Part shown: positions 35,401-47,400 of the stretch, in pieces | How positions within the stretch are numbered: the first letter of the stretch is position 1 | Layout: each line of letters begins with the position of its first letter | Source: an uncultured Rickettsiales bacterium | GTDB lineage: Bacteria > Pseudomonadota > Alphaproteobacteria > Micavibrionales > GCA-2720935 | Direction of reading: 5' to 3' | Assembly (NCBI GenBank): GCA_950054255.1 | Contig: CATLOR010000001.1 | Span: 583,589 to 647,588, forward strand | Length of the DNA stretch: 64,000 nt | Program-made: the position numbers and the translations under genes | The notes under the pieces: model-generated | Told to the model about the DNA's origin: nothing | Database searches by the model: none | What the model saw: only the letters and a program-made list of their open reading frames with translations

Positions 35401-38400
35401 GGCACTGGTGATGATATCATGATCGGTTCTGATGGTAGTGACACTTATGATGGTGGCGCTGGTGATGACTTTATTGATTATCTATTCTCAGGAGCAACGT
35501 CTTTAAGCGTAACATTGGATAGCAGTAATAATGCAAGTGTAACTCTTGCCGGCCTAGGAACAGTTGATACAATCCGTAATGTTGAAGGTATTGGCGGTAC
35601 TTTCGGCAATGATACGATGATTGGTGATGCATTGGCTAACACGTTCTCTGGAGATGATGGTGACGATTTCTTCCAAGGTGGTTTGGGTGCAGATTTAATC
35701 TTGGGTGGAACAGGAAATGATACCTTTAGTTTAGATGATTTAAGTGGCACAGGTTTTGGTGTGAACATGAACCTTGTTCTTGGAACAGCGGAAGATACAT
35801 TCTCAGGATCTATTGATAATTTTGTTGGGATTGAAACATATATTTTAACAGATGCGGCAGATACAGTTATTTCGTCAGCATTTGCTGAAACAGTGCAAGC
35901 TGGGGCAGGTGATGATGTTATTAATGCAAGCGCTGGTACGGATACATTTGATGGTGGCACAGGCGTTGATACATTAAGTTATACAAACTTTGCAGCAGGT
36001 AATGCGATTACAGTTGATCTTGATGCTGGTAACGCGGTTAGTGTTACAGTAAGTGGCGGTAGCGTTGACACAATCAGTAACATTGAAAATGTGACAGGAT
36101 CACAAGGTGATGATGTTATTTCAGGGGATGGTTTGATTAACCATCTTATTGGTGGTCAAGGGAATGACATTCTTGATGGTGAAGCCAATGATGACATCTT
36201 AGAAGGTGGATTTGGTAATGACACCCTAATTGGTGGTCTTGGTGATGATACCCTTATTGGTGGTACGGGATCGGATACTGCTGATTACTCTGGTGCAGCT
36301 GGAAATATCATTGTTGATATGACTGGTAATATTGCCTCAGCTGATGGTGATGGCGGCGTTGATATCTTTGATAGTATTGAAAATGTGATTGGTACAGACT
36401 TTAATGATACAATCGCTGGTAATGCGTTTGCTAACACATTAACCGGGGGCGCTGGTGACGATACGATTTCTGGTGGTTCTGGCTCGGATACATTAGATGG
36501 TGGCGCTGGCACAGGCGACAGACTGCGTTTTGATGAACTTGTTGATGGCTTTATTAACATTAATATTGGCACGGGTTCTGCGACTTATAGTGCGGATAGT
36601 AGTGTTGACAGTTTCATGAATTTTGAATTTTATGAATTAACAGCACAAAATGATATCGTAACTGGTTCAACGGGTATTGATGATGTTCAGACTTTAGCGG
36701 GTGATGATACAATCAACGCAAGTGCTGGTGATGATATTTATGATGGTGGTGATGGATCAGATACAATTGATTATTCTGCATCTGGTGCGACATCAATCAG
36801 TGTAGCTTTAGCAGGTACAAGCACGACAACAGTGACTGTGAGTGGTTTGGCTGGTGATGATACAATTAGAAATATTGAAAACGTAACAGGTTCAACTGGT
36901 AATGATACAATTACTGGGGATTCAAATGTGAATAGAATTTTAGGTCAAGCGGGTGATGATATCATTATCGGTGGTGCGGGCTCAGATATTCTTGATGGTG
37001 GTGCTGGTACAGATACGCTTCGTTTCGATGATCTTGTTGGTGCGGGTATCCAAATTGACTTTGATGTTAATCGTGCGACCTTCTTTGGGGATAGTTCTCA
37101 AGACGTATTCTCTAATTTTGAAATTTTTTACATGTCTAACCAAGATGATATTATCAATAGTTTCACAGGCGCTGAAACTGTCTTTGGCTTGGGTGGTGAT
37201 GATACCTTTAATGCAGATTCAGGTGCGGATACCTTTGATGGTGGCACAGGTACAGATACCGTTGATTATTCTGGTATGGCGACAGCCAACTTTATTACGG
37301 TTACTTTAAACGGGAATGCAGATGCGACTGTTACAATTAATGGTGATGCGTCTGTCGATACAATTCGTGATATTGAAAATGTGATTGGGACAGCCGGTGC
37401 TGATACGATCACAGGGGACGCCGAAGGAAATGATCTTTCAGGTCTAAGCGGTGCCGACATTCTTGATGGTGGTGATGGCGATGACTATTTACGTGGTGGA
37501 AATGATAATGATACTTTAATTGGTGGCGCGGGTTCTGATACGCTTGATGGTGGATTAGGAACAGATACGGCTGATTATTCTGGTGCGGCTGCTGGTATTA
37601 ACGCAAACCTTGGTGCGAATTCAGTATCAAATGATGGTGATGGCGGTGGAGATAACCTCATTAGCATTGAAAATATCCGTGGATCAAACTTTGCCGATAA
37701 CGTATTCGGTAATGCTTTTGTGAACTCTATCTTTGGTTTAGACGGAAATGACATTTTGCGTGGTGGTGAAGGTTCTGACTTCCTTGATGGTGGTGATGGA
37801 ACAGATACGCTTCGTTTCGATGACCTATTGAACAGCGGTATTACATTAGATTTACAAGCAGGCACAGCGAATTATAGTTTTGATAACAGTACTGATACAT
37901 TCACAAACTTTGAAAACTATGTAACAACAGCTCTTGATGATGTGATTTCAGGGTCAGCAGGTGTTGACATTGTTAATGCCGTTAGTGGACAAGATTTATT
38001 TAATGCAAGTGCTGGTAATGACCAATTAGATGGTGGTTTAGGTACGGATGAGGTTGATTATTCTGGTCTATCTGGCGTATCTATTACATTAACGCTTGAT
38101 ACATCAAATTACGCAACAGTGACAGTTACTGGCGGTGATGATGACCAAATCAGAAATATTGAAAACGTAACTGGGTCAACAGGAGCTGATGACATCACAG
38201 GCGATAGTTTTGTGAATGTGATCGATGGTGATGCTGGTGATGATACACTGCGTGGTCGCGGTGGTAATGACGTTTTAGATGGTGGCGCTGGCACAGATAC
38301 GGCCGATTACTCATTGGCTGCTGGTGCTGTAAATGTTGATTTATCAATTAACCGTGCTATTAGTGATGGTGATGGATCAACCGATACGCTGAACAATATT

Positions 38401-41400
38401 GAAAACGTGTCTGGATCTGTTGTTGATGATACATTAGCTGGGGATGCTGGAAATAACGTTCTATTTGGTAATACAGGGAATGATACACTGCGTGGCCGTG
38501 GTGGTGATGATACACTTGATGGTGGCGTGGGTACAGATGAAGCTGATTATTCATTAGCTGCAGCAGGTGTTACAATTGATCTCTTAAATGGGCAAACAAC
38601 CGATGATGGTGATGGTGGCGTTGATACGCTTGTGAATATTGAAGATCTGATCGGGTCTGGCTTTGATGATGATATTACTGGTGATGATGGCGCGAACACA
38701 ATTACTGGTGGTGCTGGTAATGATATTCTTCGCGGTGAAGGTGGAGATGACTTCCTTGCTGGTGGTAGTGGTACAGATACAATTGATTACCGTGTTGCAT
38801 CAGGGTCTGTGAGTGTTGATTTAACAAGCTCACAAACAAGTAATGATGGTGATGGTGGCGTTGATACATTAAGTAGTATCGAGAACGTGATTGGTTCTGC
38901 TGGGAATGACTTGATAATTGGTAACGCATTAGGAAACGTTTTAAACGGCGATGCGGGCAATGATGATCTTCGTGGCCGTGGTGGTGATGATACACTTGAT
39001 GGTGACGGTGGTATCGATACAGCAAACTACGTTCTTGCAACAAATGCAGTCACAGTCGACTTATCGGTTGGTCAAGCAACCGATGATGGTGATGGTGGCG
39101 TTGATACATTAATTGAAATTGAAAACGTAACAGGCTCTATCAATAATGATACTCTTACAGGGGATTCAGGCATTAACACGTTAAATGGTGGCGACGGTGA
39201 TGATCTGCTCGAAGGTCTTGGCGGCGATGACACAATTATTGGTGGTATTGGTACAGATACAGTAACATATGCGAATTCTACAGCAGGTGTGACTGTTGAC
39301 CTCTTTAACTCAACAACAACAAATGATGGTTTTGGCGGCGTTGATACACTTGTCACAATTGAAAATATTACAGGTTCTGGTAACGCGGATAGTTTGACAG
39401 GGGATAATTCAGCGAACTTAATTTCTGGTGGTGCTGGTAATGATACAATCCGTGGTCGTGGTGGTAATGATGATCTTCGCGGTGGCGCTGGTACAGATAC
39501 AGTTGATTATTCACTCGCATCTTCTGGTGTTGTTGTCGATTTAGCGATTAATAACACATCAAATGATGGTGATGGCGGTATTGATACATTATCTGGTTTT
39601 GAAAATATCCAAGGATCGAACTTTGCCGATGTGTTAAATGGTGATGCTGCTAATAATACGATTAATGGTGGTGTTGATAATGATACTTTATACGGTGCTG
39701 GTGGTAATGATACGATTATTGGTGGCGACGGTGATGATACAGTTAGTTATGATCGGGCAGCCGCAGCGGTAACGGTTGACTTAGCTCTTGGTTTAGCAGT
39801 CAATGATGGTGATGGTGGTATTGATACATTGACAACCATCGAAAATGTGCTTGGTTCTGACTTCGATGATACCTTAACAGGGGATAACTTAGCGAACACA
39901 TTATCTGGTGGCGCGGGCGTTGATACCCTTGATGGTGGCGACGGTGATGACTTGCTTCAAGGTGATGCTGGGAATGATAATTTCATTGCGAGTGCTGGTG
40001 CGGATACGTTTGATGGTGGTACAGGCTCTGATACATTAGATTATCAAAACTTAGCAGGAGCAAACTTTATTACAGTTTCTTTACTTGGGTCTTCTGATGC
40101 AACAGTCACAGTTGATGGAGGCTCAGCAGACACAGTTCGTAATGTTGAAAATATTACAGCCACAGCTGGTGCAGATACATTAATTGGTGATGGGAATGCT
40201 AATACATTCTTTGGCTTAGGCGGTGCGGACCGTTTAATTGGTGGTGGCGGTACAGATACGCTTGATGGTGGCGCTGGTACGGATGTTGTTGATTATTCAA
40301 CCTCTATCGCAGGTGTTAATGTAGATTTAAGCACAAATCAGGCTACAGATGATGGTCTTGGCGCAACAGATAATATCTTTAATGTTGAAAATATTAGAGG
40401 TTCTATCTATGGCGATACATTAAAAGGTGACGGCGCAACAAATACAGTTGATGGTGACCAAGGGAATGACACATTCTTATATTCTGGTGGGAATGATATC
40501 TTAGATGGTGGCGCAGATATTGATACTGTTGACTATTCTCAAGATGGTTCTGTGACATCTATCTCTGTTACTTTAACAAATTCAACACTTGCAACAGTTA
40601 CAGTTAATGGTGGCGACAATGACCAAGTTCGCAATATTGAAAACATCACAGCAACAAGCGGTAGTGATAGTATCTTTGGGGATACAGCTGATAACACAAT
40701 TACTTTATTGGGCGGAAATGACTTTGCTCGTGGTGGTCTAGGTTCAGATACCTTTGATGGTGGTGCTGGTTACGATATTTTATACTTTGATGATATAGCG
40801 GGTGGTGGAATTACACTTGATCTAGGTGCTGCGACAGCAACCTTTGATGGGGATGCATCAACAGATACATTTACTGGTTTTGAAGAATATTGGGGAAGTA
40901 ACCAAGGTGACCTCTTAACAGGATCTGCGAATGCTGACCTTATCTATGGTAATGGCGGCGATGATATTTTCTATGGTACAGCTGGTACAGATACGTTAGA
41001 TGGTAACGGTGGTTCGGATACAATTAACTTTGCCTCTTATGCGGCAGCGAATTTCATTACTGTGACATTAAATGGTGGAACAGCGGCAAATGTTGTTGTT
41101 AATGGCAGTGATACAGACAGTATCGTTAATATTGAAAACGTGACAGGGTCACAAGGTGATGACGTTATCACTGGGGACTCAGGTATTAACACGCTAAGCG
41201 GTGGCTTAGGAGATGATACGCTTGATGGCGGTTTAGGAAATGACTTCATCAATGGTGATGCTGGCGCGGATATGATTTTAGGAAATGATGGCGCGGATAA
41301 CATTGATGGTGGTGCGGGTGTCGATACACTTGACTATTCTGTGCACGGAAATGCAAATGCGATTACAGTAACGTTAAATGACTCTGGTAATGCAGGTGTT

Positions 41401-44400
41401 CAAATTGATGGCGCAGAAGATGATATTATTCGTAACATTGAAAATATTATTGGTACAGCTGGCGCGGACGTTATTATTGGTGATACACAGCAAAACTTAC
41501 TTGAAGGTCGTGATGGCAATGACTTTTTAACAGGGGGAACTGGTGCGGATACCCTTGATGGTGGTGATGGTATTGATACAGCTGATTATTCTGTATTTGG
41601 CTCTACAGGTGCTATTTCTGTGACATTGAATGGATCAAATGATGTTACAGTGAATGTCACTGGGGATGATAATGATACGATCAGAAATATCGAAAATGTG
41701 ATCGGTACTTTGAATAATGATACAATCATTGGTGATAGCCTTGATAACGAGTTAACAGGTAATGACGGCGATGATACATTAATTGGTAATGGTGGTATGG
41801 ATACACTCGATGGTGGTGATGGTAGTGATACGGTCGATTACTCATTAGATGTAACAGCAACGGCAATTTCTGTAATCTTAAATGCGGATGCGACAGCAAC
41901 AGTGACTGTTACAGGCTCACCAGATGTGGACCTTATTCGTAATATTGAAAATATTATAGCGACAGCTGGAAATGATACAATAGAAGGTGACTTCTTAGCT
42001 AATAACCTACGCGGTTTAGCTGGAGATGATACATTTAATAATATTGGTGATGGTGATGTTATCGATGGTGGTGCGGATACAGATACTATTTACAATGGCC
42101 TTTTAGGGAATGTAACCATTGATATGAGTACTATTTCAATGGGTTACGCCACAGCAACAAATGGTACAGAGAGCTATCAATTCATTAATGTTGAAAACTT
42201 CCGCTCATTTGAGAACCTAAATGCGACCTATGATATTACTGGGGATGCAAATGATAATATTATTACGACCTCAAATGATAGAAATAATAACGATACTGTC
42301 CGTGGTGGTGGCGGTAATGATACGATTTCTACCTATGAAGGTAATGATACGGTTTATGGGGATGCCGGGGATGATATTATCAACACAGGCAATGGAAATG
42401 ATACTGTATATGGTGGTGATGGTAATGACACAATTACCGGGAATGGTACAATGTACGGTGACGCTGGTGATGATGTCATTAATTTTTCTGGAACGGCGTA
42501 TGGTGGTGATGGCGATGACACGATTACTGGTACAAATAGTACAAGTAACGATACGATCTACGGTGGGGCAGGAAATGATACATTAAGCGGTGGTAATTAT
42601 AGCGATACCATTTATGGTGGGGATGATAATGATACTATTTATGGTGGTAATCATACAGATACTCTTTATGGGGATGCTGGCGATGATATTATCTATGGTG
42701 GTAATGAGCGAGATAGATTATATGGTGGTGATGGTGATGACCAACTGTTTGGACAAAATAATAACGACCGTTTCTATTTAAGTAATGGAACAGACCATAT
42801 TGATGGTGGTAGTCAAGGTGGTAATAATATTGGTGATGCGAACATTTTAAGTAATGGTAGCTATGGTGACTATATTATGGGTAGTGACTTGTCTGATGTG
42901 ACAGGTGCGACCCGTATTACAGTTGATTTACAAGCTGGTACATTCTCTACAGATGCAGGAACATCAGGGACATTAACAAATATCGAAAGTGTGATCGGTA
43001 ATACTGGAAATGATGTTGTTACAGATAATGGTTCAAATAATGATATTGAACTGGGTGCTGGCGACGATATTATTTATGCTGACGGCGGTGGAAACGATTA
43101 TTTCCGCGGTGATGCTGGGAGTGATACCCTTGATTATACAGGTGAAGCCGGCAATATCAGTGTGAATTTAAACACTGTTGCGGCGGGCGCGGTAACTGTA
43201 AGCGTTGATAGTGGCGCGGAAGCAGATATAATTTATGGTTTCGAGCGCTTTATCGGTGGTGAAGGGAATGATTATATTATTGCCCATGCATCGGATACGA
43301 CATATTTAGCTGGTGGTGCTGGGAATGATTATCTTTTAGGGGATGACGGCGTTCTTGTTGAGGCTGGCGATGGAAATGACAGATTAGGATCTCGTGCTTC
43401 AGGTGGTGCAACATTAGATGGTGGCGCTGGGAATGACACAGTTGAATATTCTGGTACAAATGGTCAATCATCTGGTACAGCGGGTATTTCTGTTACGCTT
43501 CAAGAGACTGGAGATACAACAGTTGATTATCTAGACGGATCAGCGACAGATGAAACAATTAGAAATATTGAAAACATCACAGGGAGTGACTATGCTGACC
43601 AAATTACAGGTAACTCTGTAACAAATATCTTAATTGGTGGTGCAGGTAACGATACATTTGGTGCTTCTGATGGGAATGATACTTATAATGGTGGTTCTGG
43701 TTCAGATACATTGGATTACTCTGGTTTCTTAACAGCAACAGCGATTACAGTGGCTCTGTTAGATTCTGGAACAGCAACAATTACCGTAACAGGTGTTGGT
43801 AACCAATTCGCAGATGGCATTGAGAATGTTACATCAACTGCTGGCGCAGATGATATTACAGGAAACGCATCAGCAAATACAATTAACACTGGCGCAGGGA
43901 ATGATATCGTACGTGTATCATCAGGCGCGGATGTTTTAAATGGTGGCGCGGATACAGATACATTCCGTGCAGATGCTCTTGCAACAGGAAATGGTATTTT
44001 AAACCTGACAGCTGGCACATTTACAAATGCTTCTGAGGGTGTAACAACATTCTTAAGTAATTTTGAAATCTATTATACAACGAACCAAGCAGATACAATT
44101 ACACTTCATACAACAGATGAAGAAGTCTATGCTCTTAATGGTGATGATACGATTATTGCATCAACAGGCGCTGACTTGATTGATGGTGGCGCTGGTACAG
44201 ATACATTGTCTTATAACTCAATATCAGGTCTAACAGGTATTACAGTAACACTGGATGGCTCGAATGATGCAACAGTGACAGTGAATGGTAATAGTGATCA
44301 AACAATCCGTAATATTGAGCATTTAACAGGATCTCAAGGGAATGATAATATTACAGGTGATGCCGGTAACAACATTTTAATTGGTGATATTGGTAATGAT

Positions 44401-47400
44401 ACAATTAATGGTGGTGACGGTGATGACACAATCGCTGGTGGCTTTGGTAATGATACATTAAATGGTGGTATCGGTACGGATTTACTTGACTATTCTGCAA
44501 CATCTGGAGGTCTTGATGTCAATCTTCAATCTGGTGTGGTTGCAAGTGATGGCCAAGGTGGTTCTGACACAGTTTCTAACTTTGAAGATGTTGATGGCGG
44601 TAGCGGTGATGACATTATTTCTGGTAACAACTTAGATAACGTGATTGATGGTGGTGTTGGTAATGACACAATTCAAGGTCGCGGTGGTGATGATACCCTT
44701 ATTGGTGGTGGCGGTAGTGATACATTATCATACGCGAATGCAGCCTCTGGTGTCACAGTTGATTTAACATCGGGCAATGTCGCAGATGATGGTGATGGTG
44801 GATCTGATACATTCTCTGGCTTTGAAAACTTAACAGGGTCAGCAAATGCTGATAACTTAACAGGTACAGGCTCAGCAAACATTATTACGGCAGGTGCTGG
44901 GAATGATACTATTGTTGCAACAGCTGGAGATGATACGCTTGATGGCGAAGGCGGAACTGATATCGTTGACTATTCAAATGCTGGTGGCGCAGTCACAGTG
45001 AACTTAGATGCTGGTACAGCTTCTGGATTTGGGAATGACACACTTGCAAATATTGAAAATGTAATTGCAACTGCGAATAACGATACTATTACACTGAATG
45101 CCCTTAATAATGACATTGATGCAGGTGCAGGCAATGACACGATTTTTGCTGGTTACGGCGGAACAAACGATATCGATGGCCAAGGCGGCGGTTTAGATAT
45201 TGTTGATTATAGTAACTCTGCAAATGCTGTCACAGTTGACCTAGATGCAGGGACTGCAACAGGTACTGGTATTAGTGATACATTATCAAATATTGAAGGC
45301 GCTGTTGGTACAAATGCAAATGATGTCTTTGATGGTGATGGAAATAACAACACATTCACAGGTGGTCTAGGTATTGATACAATTACGTATGCTGATGATA
45401 TCGCGCCAGTCTTAGTGGATCTCACAAATAACTTTGCGATTGATGGTAGTGCTTCTACAGACACGTTGGTTGGTATTGAGAATGTGATTGGTACCGTTGG
45501 TGATGATACGATCTTTGGTGATGGTCAGGCCAATGTAATTACAGGCAACGGGGGTACAGATTTTATTGCAACAGCCGCTGGGAATGATACGATCATTATG
45601 TCTAACATCTTAAATAGCACACTTGATGGTGGTGCTGGTTTTGATTTGATTGATTTCTCTGGTTTTGGTTCAGCGTTAACAATTGATTTACTAGCAGGTG
45701 GTCAAACAGCCACAGACGGCGTTAATACAGATACATTGGTAAGTATTGAAAATATTATCGCGACTGACTTTAATGACATTATTATTGGAAGTTCGGTCAA
45801 TAATGATATTGATGGTGGTGCTGGTACAGATACGATCGCATTCTTGAATGCGACAGGTGGCGTTGTGGTCAGTCTATTAGCGGGCACAGCAACAGGTGAT
45901 GGTAGCGATACATTCTCTAACATTGAAAATGTCGTTGGATCGACTAATAATGATACGATTGCTGGTGACGCTGGAGATAACGATTTAGATGGTGATACTG
46001 GTACGGATACACTTACATACGCAGCAGCAGCTGGCGGTGTAACAATTGATCTAGATGCGGGCACAGTAACTGGTGATGGTAATGACACAATTTCTAACTT
46101 TGAAAATGTCATTGGTAGTGCGAATGCAGATACAATCGGTGGTGACTCTGGTAATAACGACCTAAATGGTGGTGCTGGTACAGATACATTAACATATGCA
46201 TCTGCTGCGGGGAGTGTTAATATTGATTTAACAGCTGGCACAGTAACTGGTGATGGTAATGATACAGTATCGAACTTTGAAAATGTTATCGGTTCATCAA
46301 ATGACGATACAATTAAAGGAGATACTGGCAATAACAACTTAAATGGTGGCGCTGGTACTGATACGGTTTCTTATGCAGGTGTCGGTTCTTCAGTTTCTGT
46401 TGATTTACAAGCAGGAACAGCTACTGGCCATGGTAATGATACACTTTCTAACTTTGAAAATATTATTGGTGGTAACAATGCGGACATTCTTGTTGGTGAT
46501 ACAGGCGTTAACTCTATCCAAGGTGGCGCGGGCGATGATATCTTAGAGGGTGGCGCTGGTAACGATACACTAGACGGTGGTGCTGGTGGTACTGATACAG
46601 CAAGTTATACAAATGGTACAGAAGGCGCTAATATTAACATGGGTACAGGTGTTGTTAGTAATGATGGTTACGGTAACTCTGATACATTAATTGATATTGA
46701 GCGTGTTGAAGGTACAAATTTCGCAGATACAATCGTTGGTAGCGCGAATAATGATACAATTATTTCAAACTCAGGTAATGATACAATTACAGCGGGCGAT
46801 GGCAACGATACGATTAATGCGGGCCTCGGGAATGATACAATTTTTGCTGGCGCTGGTAATGACAACATTAATGGTGGTGGTGGTGTAGATACCATTAATT
46901 ATAGTGCAGCAACAGGTGCTGTAACGGTTAATCTTCAAAATAGTACAGCGAGTAATGATGGTTTTGGTGATGCTGATACGATTAATGGTGTTGAGAACGT
47001 AGTTGGTTCTGCTCAAAATGATACAATCGGTGGTGATACAGGCGATAATAACCTTGATGGTGGCGCTGGTACAGATACATTATCATATGCATCAACAGGA
47101 TCAGCAGTTACAGTTGATTTAGACGCAGGCACAGCAACAGGTCATGGTACCGATACGATTTCTAACTTCGAAAACGTCACAGGTGGTACAGGTAATGATA
47201 CAATAGGTGGTGATAGTGGAAATAATGTCATCAATGGTGGTAGTGGTAATGATACAGTGACTTATGCATCTGCTGCGGGTGGTGTTACAATTAACTTTAA
47301 CACAAACCAAGTGACAGGCGATGGTACAGATACATTGATCAGTATTGAAGATGCGATTGGTAGTGATAACGCAGATACTTTCATCGCAGGATCATCTAGT

